Positions 20,035-29,972 of a DNA stretch of 64,000 nt are shown here, in pieces. Each line of letters begins with the position of its first letter. The stretch's first letter is position 1. A program made the translations under genes and the position numbers. Below the pieces are notes generated by a model. It was not told the origin of the DNA. It saw only the letters and a list, made by a program, of their open reading frames with translations, and searched no databases. This DNA comes from Planctomycetales bacterium (lineage in GTDB: Bacteria > 4484-113), in the NCBI GenBank assembly GCA_037441675.1, contig JBBIRS010000010.1:1-64000 (forward strand), in the 5' to 3' direction.

Positions 20035-20191
20035 GTGCAGTTTATTTCTTACTGTAAATTTAAGTGTAATGAAAGGTTTCTAATAAATAGAAACTTCCTC
20101 AGGAGAAACAACGCCTTAACAGTGGAAATTACATTTCTTCAGTTCGTTCAATGTCTATTATCAACAATTTGCAGAGTGAGAATTGTTAAGC

Positions 20192-21604
20192 TTAGCTTTC
20201 TTCTTCCAAAACGTACTTACCAAGTTTGAGTTGTTCAGGAATCGGAATAGGACGCTCATTGTTAAAGCAAGCAAGGCAGAATTCAGAATAAGGAAGGCCT
20301 GTGGCTTTAACGACTCCTTCTAGGCTCAAATAAAGCAGACTATCTGCGCCTATCTGCTCGCAGACTTCCTCAACAGTCAAGTTTGCAGCAATAAGCTCTT
20401 CGTAAGAGCCGAAATCAATTCCATAGTAGCAGGGGAATTTTATTGGAGGGCTCGAAAGTCTCATATGAACTTCCTTGGCACCTGCAGATTTCAGCAACCT
20501 AACAATTTGCTTGCTAGTTGAACCACGAACTATTGAATCATCCACCAAAATTACAGACTTACCCGAAAGTATCTCCCTCAACGGATTCAACTTCATCCTG
20601 ACACCTATTTCCCTTTGGGCTTGTAAAGGTTGAATGAAGGTGCGTCCGACGTATCGGTTCTTGATCAATCCTTCGTGATGAGGGATACCGCTTTCTAAGG
20701 AGTAACCAATGGCGGCGGGTAAGCCTGAGTCTGGAACGTGAACTACAACATCTGCGGAAACGGGAGCTTCCCTGGCAAGCTGGCGGCCCATTTCAATCCT
20801 CATTGAATACGCTTCCTTCCCACGAAGCAAGGAATCAGGACGCGAGAAGTAGAAGAATTCAAACATACAGAACTTGTAATTTGGTTCCGCAAAAGTGAAC
20901 GATTCAACGCCATTTTCACTTATCTTAATAATTTCACCTGGAAATATTTCCCGTATAAATCTTGCACCTGCAATAGGAAAAGCTGCTGATTCAGAGGCAA
21001 CAACATAACCATCCGCAATTTCCCCAAGAACAAGCGGGCGGATTCCGTGTGGATCACGAACAGCAAATAATGCATCCTTTGTTAGAATAAGGAAACAGTA
21101 AGCGCCCGATACTCTACGGAGAGTAGATTGAAGAGCATCAAGAAAAGATTTATCTCTCCATTCGTTCTCCAAAAGAAGTCCGAACATCTCTGTATCCGAA
21201 GTGGAACGTGGGGAAATTCCACGGCGTTCAATTTCAGCAAAAAGCTCCCAAGTGTTTACCAGGTTGCCATTATGCGCGACTGAGAAGGCTTTTCCCTCTG
21301 ATGCGTAACTCTCAAAAAGAATAGGCTGTGCGTTTACGAGAACCGAAGAGCCCGTGGTGGAGTAGCGGTTATGCCCAATTGCGGCATGGCCTTTTAGCAT
21401 TCTCAGGATTTCTTCGTTGAAGACCTGCTGAACAAGTCCCATATTCTTATAAAGGATTACGTGGGAATGAGTGGAAACCGCTATACCAGAGCTTTCCTGA
21501 CCGCGATGCTGAAGAGCAAACAAGCCATAATAAGTAATGCGAGAAACGTCCATTCCAGGGGCGTACACCCCGAATAACGCGCAATTTTCCCTTGCCTCAG
21601 ACAT
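20192..21604 (-). CDS. purF: Amidophosphoribosyltransferase (Fe-S, propeptide type)
   Basis: Short propeptide then Cys (REN-C), LQHRGQE, GHNRYST, VDDSIVRG PRPP loop, and Fe-S Cys (CMFE, PCYYG, CLAC). Confidence 0.95.
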   Translation of the reverse strand: MSEARENCALFGVYAPGMDVSRITYYGLFALQHRGQESSGIAVSTHSHVILYKNMGLVQQVFNEEILRMLKGHAAIGHNRYSTTGSSVLVNAQPILFESYASEGKAFSVAHNGNLVNTWELFAEIERRGISPRSTSDTEMFGLLLENEWRDKSFLDALQSTLRRVSGAYCFLILTKDALFAVRDPHGIRPLVLGEIADGYVVASESAAFPIAGARFIREIFPGEIIKISENGVESFTFAEPNYKFCMFEFFYFSRPDSLLRGKEAYSMRIEMGRQLAREAPVSADVVVHVPDSGLPAAIGYSLESGIPHHEGLIKNRYVGRTFIQPLQAQREIGVRMKLNPLREILSGKSVILVDDSIVRGSTSKQIVRLLKSAGAKEVHMRLSSPPIKFPCYYGIDFGSYEELIAANLTVEEVCEQIGADSLLYLSLEGVVKATGLPYSEFCLACFNNERPIPIPEQLKLGKYVLEEES

Positions 21605-21685
21605 CAAACGCCAATAGCATTATACACGAGAAGCTGGAAAATAATCTTTAGTGCATTTTGAATGCCAAATCTTAATCAAAAGCAC

Positions 21686-22804
21686 TCACTTTGCCTTACC
21701 AACCCCTTTAAGAGAAGGGGGAATCATTTCAAACTTTGAGCCAGTCAGCGCATCAACCGCAAGCACTAGCTCTCGTTCCACAACTTGCTTTCCAAAGCGT
21801 GCCTCTCTTGGTCCAGGATTAACGTTTTCAAGGGTAATGAGTTCATTCCATCTCAAATTGAACATCCATACTGGTACTATTGCCTTTGTATTAGCTCTAT
21901 GGTTTACAAAACCGAGCTGAATATTGAAAAGGGTTAGCGGTGGGGGGGCATTATTCCATTCTTCAAGAACAAGACGCTTGACCCGCTCCAAGGCGAATCC
22001 AGGATCAATAACGGTAAAATCGTCACTGGCAGGTTCAATGGAAGGGCTCCAGAAGTAAGACAAATTCATCAATTTCTTTTCACCATCAATGGCAACCTGA
22101 ATATATTCATCGTAAAGGAGAACTCCACGATACGCCTTCATCAGCCTGTAAATAAAAGGCCGAGACTTCTCCTTTTGAAATTCGGCGGTTTCAATGATTG
22201 AAAAATCCTGACCTAAGCTTGTTACTCCTGGAGTGTACTTTGCGATGAAATCCTTGGCTAGTGCAATTCCTTCTTCCTTGGAGAACTTATACTTCTCTAT
22301 TGTTTTCTTTACACCGGTAGATGGGTCCGCCTCTTCGGTAAGCTCTTCTACCACCGCTGGAGTCGATGCCAAGTTATTCACGAATTCAAAGCCATAAATG
22401 TATTCATCAAAGTAAAAGGAAATAGCGGTTGGTTTATCTTCCCCTTCGAGCTTGAACCTAGGACCCTCGTACCTTGTTCCTGAACCATAAGAGGGGGAAA
22501 TAATAGATATTTTACCAATTGGCACTCTTTCACTTGTCAACAACTTTTGACGATAATTAGATATATTAGGTAGAGCGGTTCGTCTTAAAAATCTCAAAGA
22601 TCTCTGCCACTCAGTGGGAATTGGAACTTCAATACTTATAGCAAGCGCAGGTAAAAGAATGTCCTTTATTAAGCCATCTTGTTGGTCGTCTTTCGTAGGA
22701 TGACCAGAAACTCTAAGAGGAACACCAATTGAAAGAAGGCTAAATACAGCAAACAAGCAGAATAGAAACAACAGCATTTTTTCTTTAAACCAGCAGTTTT
22801 TCAT
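21686..22804 (-). CDS. Exported hypothetical protein with a PepSY/YcdB-like C-terminal region
   Basis: N-terminal signal/TM. The pattern IVPVWMF...AVDALTG resembles PepSY-like folds. Confidence 0.65.
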   Translation of the reverse strand: MKNCWFKEKMLLFLFCLFAVFSLLSIGVPLRVSGHPTKDDQQDGLIKDILLPALAISIEVPIPTEWQRSLRFLRRTALPNISNYRQKLLTSERVPIGKISIISPSYGSGTRYEGPRFKLEGEDKPTAISFYFDEYIYGFEFVNNLASTPAVVEELTEEADPSTGVKKTIEKYKFSKEEGIALAKDFIAKYTPGVTSLGQDFSIIETAEFQKEKSRPFIYRLMKAYRGVLLYDEYIQVAIDGEKKLMNLSYFWSPSIEPASDDFTVIDPGFALERVKRLVLEEWNNAPPPLTLFNIQLGFVNHRANTKAIVPVWMFNLRWNELITLENVNPGPREARFGKQVVERELVLAVDALTGSKFEMIPPSLKGVGKAK

Positions 22805-22882
22805 AGATATTAAAATTATACATCTTAAGATATGGTGTTGTTTTTTGCTAAAAAATCACTTCAAGTATTGAATATTCAACTC

Positions 22883-22891
22883 TGATAAAAT
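22883..22891 (+). promoter_or_regulatory. Extended -10 (TGnTAAAAT) 6 nt before the start codon, possibly a leaderless transcript
   Basis: TGATAAAAT followed by TTACTT-GTG, with no Shine-Dalgarno sequence. Confidence 0.5.
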
Positions 22892-22897
22892 TTACTT

Positions 22898-23854
22898 GTG
22901 AAGAATTTCTTTACGGTTCTCTTGACACTTAACCTATTAATAGTCATTCAAAACTCCTGCCTAAATAATTCACAGGATAAAGAGAAGAAAATCTTTTCAA
23001 AAAATCCTAACTCAACTAACCCTGAAGTTGAACTCGGAACGGAAAAAAATCCGCTTATTATGGCTTTTGTCCCATCAACAGAAGCGCAAAAGATTGTTGA
23101 GGGGGCGGAGCCATTGGCGAACCTTCTTGAAGAAAAGACAGGATACAAAATTAAAAATCTTGTTGCGACTAGCTATATAGCTGTTGTGGAGAGTCTCGGA
23201 CTTGGGCACACGCATATTGCATGGTTACCGCCAATGGCTTACGTGCTTGCCCACAGCAGGAATAATGCACGCGTTATACTTAAGGCAGTCAGAGACGGAA
23301 AAGATACTTACTATGGTTTTATCGGAGTTAGAAAGGATAGCGGGATAAAGGATCTAAAAGCATTAGTCGGGAAGAAGTTTGCTTTTGTGGAACCGGCCAG
23401 CGCGAGCGGACATCTTTATCCACGTGCTCTTCTTTTAGAGAATGGCATTAATCCTGATAAGGATTTCAAAGAGGTAGTTTTCGCTGGGAGTCACGATGCG
23501 GTAGTTATTGCCATCTTTAACGGTAGTGTAGATGCTGGGGCATTTTATGATGACGCAAGGGAGAAGTTCAAGGAAAGTATGCCTGAAATTCTTGACCAAA
23601 CAAGAATAATCGCTAAGACACAGCCAATTCCTGCGGATAATGTCACAGTAGCGGGAAATCTACCGGAAGGTATCGTTGAGACATTAACCCGCGCTCTTCT
23701 TGAAATCGCTCACGAAGAGGAAGGCAGGAAAATTCTTTACGACATTTATGAAATTGAAGACTTGATACCCGCAAAAGATAAGGATTATGACAGCTTGAGG
23801 AAAGTGGCGAAAATTCTGGATTTGGATTTAGCTGAAGAGCTCGCCAAAGAGTAG
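22898..23854 (+). CDS. phnD: Phosphate/phosphite/phosphonate ABC transporter substrate-binding (lipo)protein
   Basis: Signal peptide ending in NSC, plus FVPS, SASGHLYP and GSHDAV motifs. Confidence 0.85.
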   Translation: MKNFFTVLLTLNLLIVIQNSCLNNSQDKEKKIFSKNPNSTNPEVELGTEKNPLIMAFVPSTEAQKIVEGAEPLANLLEEKTGYKIKNLVATSYIAVVESLGLGHTHIAWLPPMAYVLAHSRNNARVILKAVRDGKDTYYGFIGVRKDSGIKDLKALVGKKFAFVEPASASGHLYPRALLLENGINPDKDFKEVVFAGSHDAVVIAIFNGSVDAGAFYDDAREKFKESMPEILDQTRIIAKTQPIPADNVTVAGNLPEGIVETLTRALLEIAHEEEGRKILYDIYEIEDLIPAKDKDYDSLRKVAKILDLDLAEELAKE

Positions 23855-24012
23855 ACCATAAAGCCTACAAACTATTGTAAAAGAGTTCCAAATCTTCATA
23901 TCCGCACATGAGACAGGAAGCATACAAGGGCACTATTCAGAGAAAAAATAGCGTGGTTAAGCAAAGAGGAAAACCTACGTCTTCAAGTGAATAGCTTCTA
24001 GCCTAAATGCGC

Positions 24013-24600
24013 CTACACATCGGGGACAAAGTAAACGTCAGTGGGATTGAATTTGGCGTTTCGGCGGAATTTTGCCTTCACGGGCATTCCAACGAAGATA
24101 TCCGGCGTGTCAACTCCGCAAAGCCTTGCGAGCAAGAGCGTGTTCACCCCTTCAAACTCAATGAGCGCTAGATGAAACGGCGTCTCCTTTAGGAACTCCT
24201 GCGAGCCGAAGAAGCAGGTCGTCCAAGTGTGCACTCGGCCCTTATTCGGAAGCTGATACCACTCCGTCTTCTCGCCACAACACATGCAGTGGCTCCTTGG
24301 CGTGGCGTAGATATAACCACAACAGGTGCATTTGCTTCCCATTATTCGTTTTTGCGCAAGTCCGCGAAAGAACTCTGAATCCTGCGCGTAGGAATGCAAG
24401 TAATCAATCTCGTAGTGATAAAGGATTAGAAGTGGATCGGTGTTGAAAACAATTGTACCTGTCTCGGTTTCAGGGAGCTTGAAGTCAGGATTGACGCTCT
24501 TTCCCCACTTTATCTTTTCCTTTGCAGGATATTCAAAATGGAATTTAGGCTTAACAGCCTTGGATTTGGTAATTTTGCTTTTGGTTGTTCTTGTTGACAT
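24013..24600 (-). CDS. DUF35-family Zn-ribbon/OB-fold protein
   Basis: KCTCCG..PRSHCMCC zinc ribbon, GRVHTWT, and VGMPVKAKF OB fold. Directly follows the thiolase-like gene. Confidence 0.88.
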   Translation of the reverse strand: MSTRTTKSKITKSKAVKPKFHFEYPAKEKIKWGKSVNPDFKLPETETGTIVFNTDPLLILYHYEIDYLHSYAQDSEFFRGLAQKRIMGSKCTCCGYIYATPRSHCMCCGEKTEWYQLPNKGRVHTWTTCFFGSQEFLKETPFHLALIEFEGVNTLLLARLCGVDTPDIFVGMPVKAKFRRNAKFNPTDVYFVPDV

Positions 24601-24627
24601 ACATAAAACTCCTTTTCTTGATCATCA

Positions 24628-26103
24628 TTACTTCTTATAACCAATGAGAAGCTTGGCGCCCTTCCTCTTAGCGCGCTCATAATAGCCCGGATACCAAATA
24701 GCTTGTTCACTCATTTTCTTCTGTTTGAGATAGTCATCCGTCACGGGACGAGCCTTCTTGCGTTTGCGAAGCTTATCCTCCGGAAGGCTCTTCACGCGCT
24801 CTAGAATGCTAACTGTAATGTAAGTCCCAGTGCCTGCGTGAGAGTGAATTGAAGCGACTCTAGCGCCCGGTATCTGTCTGCTGTCAGTTTTAGGATTGAA
24901 GTTCGGGTTAAGGTTCTTGTAGTGCTTATCCAGGGTATGCTGAAGCATCCAGAAGGCGAAAACCGCCTGCATCAAGCCAGTTGCACCGACAGGATGCCCA
25001 CATGCAATTAAACCTCCTGAGGGATTTACTGGTATCTCGCCCTGCCTGGGAAGCTTGCCAAGGCCGTAGTCAATCCCAGCCATAAATGGTGCGCCTTCGT
25101 CCACGAATTTACCGCCCTCGCCATACCTGCAGAGACCCATATCCTCGTACGTCTGAATCTCTGAACTTGTGTACGCATCATGAAGCTCAATTACGTCAAT
25201 CTCCGCGAGAGGGTCTTGAATGCCAGCCATTTCATAGGCGAGTCTGCTTGCTATTCTTCCGCCTCGGAAAGAATGAACGCCTGGGTAATGCAAACCCTCG
25301 TAGTCAGAGAAGCTCTCAAATGGTAGTAAAGGCACATTCCCGTATGGACGATCAGCCATTCGCATCGCATCGGTTCCTGTACCAACACCGGTGATTTTGA
25401 TGGGGTTATCAGTAAGCTTGAAAGCGGTGTCCTCGTCCGCAAGGATACACACCGCAGCACCATCACTCATTGTGCAGATGTCCATAAGTGTAAGCGGATA
25501 AGCGACCATCGGAGCCTCGCGGACGTCCTTGATGGTTGGGCGTAGGTGCTTCTGAGCGTAGGGATTAGTGAGGGCGTTGATGTGGTTCTTCACGGAAACT
25601 TTCGCCAGCTGTTCAACGGTAGTGCCGTACTCAAACATATGGCGCACGACCATCATAGCGTAATAGCCAGTGTAAAATCCGCCCACAGGATAGTCAAAGT
25701 TTGTATCCGAGGCAAGTGCAATGAACTCGTTGCCCTTCCAGGTGTTAACGTGGCTCATCGTTTCAAAACCGAAGGCGACGCAGACGTTCATACGCCCGCA
25801 TGCAACCTCGTGCCATCCTGCTTGAAAGCATAACCCGCCAGTCGCCCCCCCACCCTCATGGCGACGTGACGGCTTGGGAACTAGCCCGAGATAATCGTGA
25901 ACCATCGTCGCGGCTTTGAGTTGACGGGTGAAATGATCGGAGAAGTAAGAAGCGACAGTCCCGTCAATCATATCGATGGTGAGTTCAGGAACGTCCGCCA
26001 TCGCGTAATCAAAAGCCTTTTTGACCATCAGGCGGAAGTCCATGTCCGGGTGGGCTTTAGCAAACTTGGTGACCCCACCAGCCACCATATAAACAGGTCT
26101 CAT
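24628..26103 (-). CDS. SCP-x/archaeal-type thiolase-superfamily protein lacking the nucleophilic Cys
   Basis: ELHDAY, NPSGGL, GHPVGATG and SDGA motifs. EGGGATG stands where E-x-x-C-A-S-G is expected. AAGGAGG RBS. Confidence 0.88.
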   Translation of the reverse strand: MRPVYMVAGGVTKFAKAHPDMDFRLMVKKAFDYAMADVPELTIDMIDGTVASYFSDHFTRQLKAATMVHDYLGLVPKPSRRHEGGGATGGLCFQAGWHEVACGRMNVCVAFGFETMSHVNTWKGNEFIALASDTNFDYPVGGFYTGYYAMMVVRHMFEYGTTVEQLAKVSVKNHINALTNPYAQKHLRPTIKDVREAPMVAYPLTLMDICTMSDGAAVCILADEDTAFKLTDNPIKITGVGTGTDAMRMADRPYGNVPLLPFESFSDYEGLHYPGVHSFRGGRIASRLAYEMAGIQDPLAEIDVIELHDAYTSSEIQTYEDMGLCRYGEGGKFVDEGAPFMAGIDYGLGKLPRQGEIPVNPSGGLIACGHPVGATGLMQAVFAFWMLQHTLDKHYKNLNPNFNPKTDSRQIPGARVASIHSHAGTGTYITVSILERVKSLPEDKLRKRKKARPVTDDYLKQKKMSEQAIWYPGYYERAKRKGAKLLIGYKK

Positions 26104-26342
26104 AAAACTCCCTCCTTAAAATAGTTTCTCCATTCACCTCACAACCCATCAATTCTCCTCATCATCTCCCTCTATTCGTATTGTTACTCCTAATCGTATT
26201 GTCTTAACTTCATCAGGACAATTTTCATCTCAGAACGGAGTGTTTCTCGGAAATCTGCGCAAGTTTCGTAATTTCCAAAACTCCTTCCTCAACCTACCGA
26301 GCATATATTCAATGTTTGTTCTCGGAACATTCATAGAATCGC

Positions 26343-27110
26343 TCAAGACTTAACCGCCGTGTATAAAGACAAAGCAAAAACATACCTTGCGCCGGCTTTC
26401 TTTAACGCCCTTCCCGCTGAATTAATCGTAGCTCCTGTGGTGATTAAATCATCAAAAAGCAATACAGATTTGCCCTCAACCTGCCTAGATAATCTTTTCG
26501 GAACGTAAAAAGCATGCTTAACATTTTCAAATCTCTTGTTTTCGGTTAGCCCAACCTGAGAGCGAGTGTACTTTCTTCTTATCATAAGCGTGCTAACAGG
26601 AATTCCCAAAGCATGCCTATAAAATTCTAGCACAACTTCATTTTGATTAAACCCTCTTGTGAATTTTTTCACGGGATGAATTGGTATTGGAATTATAACT
26701 ATCGGTTCTTCCACTGGTTCCCAGCTAAATAGAGTAGATAAACTTCGCATACTGGGAAAAGCTTCTGCTAACGACTTTGCAAGAAATACACCTAGGCTAA
26801 TCCTACCGTTGTACTTGAACTTGTGTAGCAGTTCTAGAGCGGGAGATTGATACAGAAAGAGGGATCGTGCCCTGTCAATATACTTCCAACTCTCTGCACA
26901 GTTCTTACAAGAATCAAGTCTATACTTTTGACTAAGAGGCTTGCCACAGCGGACACAATAGGGGAAATCAACTCTTGGCAGTCTTGAAGCACAATCTTGG
27001 CATACACTGTCTGTGCCATCCTTCTCGCAGATAGAGCACTTCATTGGATAAACAAAATCTAGCGCTTTGCGGAGTGTGAATAAATCTGATAATTTCTGAA
27101 GAAATTTCAT
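26343..27110 (-). CDS. comF: ComF-family protein (double zinc ribbon + phosphoribosyltransferase domain)
   Basis: Four CxxC motifs, RGFNQ, and LFDDLITTGAT. Confidence 0.9.
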   Translation of the reverse strand: MKFLQKLSDLFTLRKALDFVYPMKCSICEKDGTDSVCQDCASRLPRVDFPYCVRCGKPLSQKYRLDSCKNCAESWKYIDRARSLFLYQSPALELLHKFKYNGRISLGVFLAKSLAEAFPSMRSLSTLFSWEPVEEPIVIIPIPIHPVKKFTRGFNQNEVVLEFYRHALGIPVSTLMIRRKYTRSQVGLTENKRFENVKHAFYVPKRLSRQVEGKSVLLFDDLITTGATINSAGRALKKAGARYVFALSLYTAVKS

Positions 27111-27568
27111 TTTAAGGAAGCAATCAACCGGTTAATTAACTCTGAAGTTGAGTATCCCGCAAGCATTGGAATTGTTATTACCTGTCCGCCGTAATTTCTA
27201 ACAAAGTCTGCGCCTACTATCTCTGAGAGTGTGTATTCCGAACCCTTCACCAGCACATCGGGTCTGATCTCTACAATTAGCCTTTCAGGTGTATCTTCCT
27301 CAAAAATAACTACTTCGTCAACAAAGCGAAGAGCGAGAAGCATACTTCTTCTGTCTTCTGCGGTAAATACTGGTCTATTCAATCCTTTTAGTCTCTTTAC
27401 ACTTTCATCAGAATTCAGGCCTACACAAAGAAAGTCACCTAATGATTTTGCCTGCCGTAATAGATAGATATGACCTGGATGTAGAATATCAAAACATCCA
27501 TTTGTGAAAACAATCTTTTTCCCTTCTTGACGTAAACTCCGAATAACTTGAGTAATCTCGGTATCCAC
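27107..27568 (-). CDS. rfaE2: D-glycero-beta-D-manno-heptose 1-phosphate adenylyltransferase
   Basis: FTNGCFDILHPGH, GLNSDESV..LKG..RP, LVKG and YSTS motifs. Confidence 0.92.
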   Translation of the reverse strand: MDTEITQVIRSLRQEGKKIVFTNGCFDILHPGHIYLLRQAKSLGDFLCVGLNSDESVKRLKGLNRPVFTAEDRRSMLLALRFVDEVVIFEEDTPERLIVEIRPDVLVKGSEYTLSEIVGADFVRNYGGQVITIPMLAGYSTSELINRLIASLK

Positions 27569-27845
27569 TTTAATTATTAAAAAGATTATACTCGATGAGT
27601 TGAAAGTGAAATGCCAACAAAAAAATGCTCAATGGGGCTAAATAGATTAGCTGAATAGGATGTTCAAATCGCATTTCCAAGGCATTATAAATATTGGTAA
27701 ATTAAAAAGCAAGGAATCATTGAGCTTTTATTGAATATAAGCTTCAGCGCAAGTGGGAACCTCAAAAAAATTATAATAAAGCAAGTCGAAAACCAAGAGT
27801 TGACCATAGATTTTGAGAATAACTTTATATCGGAGGGAATTAATC

Positions 27846-28859
27846 ATGACAGATGAGCAGTTAGAAAAGAGGCTTAAAGTTCTTTCAGTTATCACTAGAG
27901 TTCATCATATGCTAAATCCGCTCGTTGAAGAAGTCCCTCTAGCACGTATGCTTATAAGAGAAATTGTTTCCATCGTGCCCTGCGAAGGTTGCATAGTAAT
28001 GCTTGTTGATGGAACTAACGGAAAAGTGCTTGCGGTAAAGGGAACTCTTAGGGCTTTTCCTGGAATGCCATTAAACCTACCTGAACTGATTTTGTCTTTA
28101 TGTGTGAGAGGCTTTCAGAGCATATTCACAGGTGAAAACGATAGTATCGCATTAGCATTATCCGAAATCTCGGCTTCTCCGGTAAATTCAGTAATCTGCT
28201 GTCCGATTTGGGTGAAGGACAGTGTGCAAGCCATAATTCTTACTACTTCAGGCAGGAAGAACGCATTTAGCAGAGAAGACCTTCAGCTTGTTGAGATGCT
28301 CGCCAGACAAGTTTCCATGGCTCTGGAAGTTGCGCTTACCTTGCCTAGTCATACTTTTACTTCCATCAGAGATAGTCTTACAGGACTTTTCAACAGGCGA
28401 AAATACGAAATTGATATCGAAGCTGAGGTTGCTTGGGCTGAAAGATTTAACCGAGCATTGTCAGTGATGATGGTAGACATTGATCACTTTAGCATCTACA
28501 ACAAGGTTCACGGAAAAGAAAAAGGTGATGCAGTTCTAAAAGACCTCGGTTACACATTATATAGTAGTGTCCGTGCTCTTGATGGCGTTTATAGATACGG
28601 TGGGGAAGAATTCACCATCGTTCTGCCGAATACGACCATTGAGCATGCAACCACGGTAGGAACAAGGATACTCCATTCGGTTGAGGAAACTAAATTCAAC
28701 GGTGAAGAAATTAGCCAACCAGGCAAGATCTTGTCTGTAAGTATTGGAATTGCCAGTTTTTCGCTAAATATGGAATCGCCAATGGATTTAACGAAGGCAG
28801 CTGAGGAAGCTCTCACCAAAGCTAAGTTAAACGGACGAAATCAGGTTCAATTATTGTGA
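27846..28859 (+). CDS. GAF-domain diguanylate cyclase
   Basis: N-terminal GAF, DSLTGLFNRR, DIDHF, RxxD I-site (RALD) and GGEEF. GGAGG RBS before ATG 27846. Confidence 0.92.
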   Translation: MTDEQLEKRLKVLSVITRVHHMLNPLVEEVPLARMLIREIVSIVPCEGCIVMLVDGTNGKVLAVKGTLRAFPGMPLNLPELILSLCVRGFQSIFTGENDSIALALSEISASPVNSVICCPIWVKDSVQAIILTTSGRKNAFSREDLQLVEMLARQVSMALEVALTLPSHTFTSIRDSLTGLFNRRKYEIDIEAEVAWAERFNRALSVMMVDIDHFSIYNKVHGKEKGDAVLKDLGYTLYSSVRALDGVYRYGGEEFTIVLPNTTIEHATTVGTRILHSVEETKFNGEEISQPGKILSVSIGIASFSLNMESPMDLTKAAEEALTKAKLNGRNQVQLL

Positions 28860-28947
28860 TTAGTATCGTTGAAATAATAATGAATCATTGAAAAATTTCT
28901 TTCTTGAGTTATCTGAAATCAGTTAATACCAAAATTCTGCTAATCTG

Positions 28948-29961
28948 CTAAGAACTTTTTAAATGCGTTTTGGGAGAATGCAAGGCTCCCAGGAGTTCCT
29001 CTCTAGACACCGTCGCAAGACCAAGCTTACTAACTACTAAGCCACCTGCAATGTTAGCTAATATAGCTGCAGTAAGGTAATTGGCGCCCGCGCCGATGGC
29101 TAGTGCGGTTGTAGCGCAAACCGTGTCGCCTGCCCCGACAACATCATACACTTCTACTTCCACTGCAGGAATCTGTCTTAGTTTATTTCTGTCATATATA
29201 AAAATCCCATCCGCACCTGAAGTAATCATAACCGCCTCAACCAGAAGGTTTTCCTTAAGCCAAGTAGCAGCCTTTAATATAGAATTACCTTCTACTCGGT
29301 TAATCCCCGCGCTTCTAAAAGCTTCCTCACGATTTGGAGTAATCAAACTAACTCCTTTAAACAATTGAAGATTTGAGGGTTTCGGATCGCAAATGATGGG
29401 TTTCCTGGCTTTCCGAAACAACTCAATTGCTCTTCTTGACACTCTCTTTGAGCATACGCCTTTAGCGTAATCAGATATTACTAGAATATGAATTTTTGGA
29501 ACTAGCGACTCCAATGCGGAAATGATTTTATCTTCAGAGCTCCTTGGAATTGACTCAGTGTTCTCCCTATCTATCCTAAGCAGATGCTGACTCTTTGACA
29601 TAATGCGTGTTTTTAGAGTAGTCATTCTCTGGGTTACAACGGAGACACCAGTAGTATCTATGCCAATCCTAGCAAGCTCTGAAGTTAGGAATCCACCAAA
29701 GGTATCTTCTCCTACCACACCGAAGAGATGAACATTTCCCCCCATCATTGCGATATTATGAGCAACATTCCCCGCTCCACCAACTTTCATCTCCTCAGAG
29801 CGAACCTTTACAACTGGCACAGGCGCTTCCGGGGATATTCTTTCAACGTCGCCATATACGAAGCGATCGCAAATGATATCTCCCAGAACCGCTATGTGAA
29901 TTCGTTCAAATTTGTTAATCAGCTTAACTAAATCCTTTCTTATGATTGATTCTTTTCTCAC
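28948..29961 (-). CDS. rfaE1: D-glycero-beta-D-manno-heptose-7-phosphate kinase (PfkB family)
   Basis: RISPEAPVPVV, GGAGNVA, SDYAKG, TPNREE and DVVGAGDT. Confidence 0.92.
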   Translation of the reverse strand: MRKESIIRKDLVKLINKFERIHIAVLGDIICDRFVYGDVERISPEAPVPVVKVRSEEMKVGGAGNVAHNIAMMGGNVHLFGVVGEDTFGGFLTSELARIGIDTTGVSVVTQRMTTLKTRIMSKSQHLLRIDRENTESIPRSSEDKIISALESLVPKIHILVISDYAKGVCSKRVSRRAIELFRKARKPIICDPKPSNLQLFKGVSLITPNREEAFRSAGINRVEGNSILKAATWLKENLLVEAVMITSGADGIFIYDRNKLRQIPAVEVEVYDVVGAGDTVCATTALAIGAGANYLTAAILANIAGGLVVSKLGLATVSREELLGALHSPKTHLKSS

Positions 29962-29972
29962 TCTTCTTCAAC

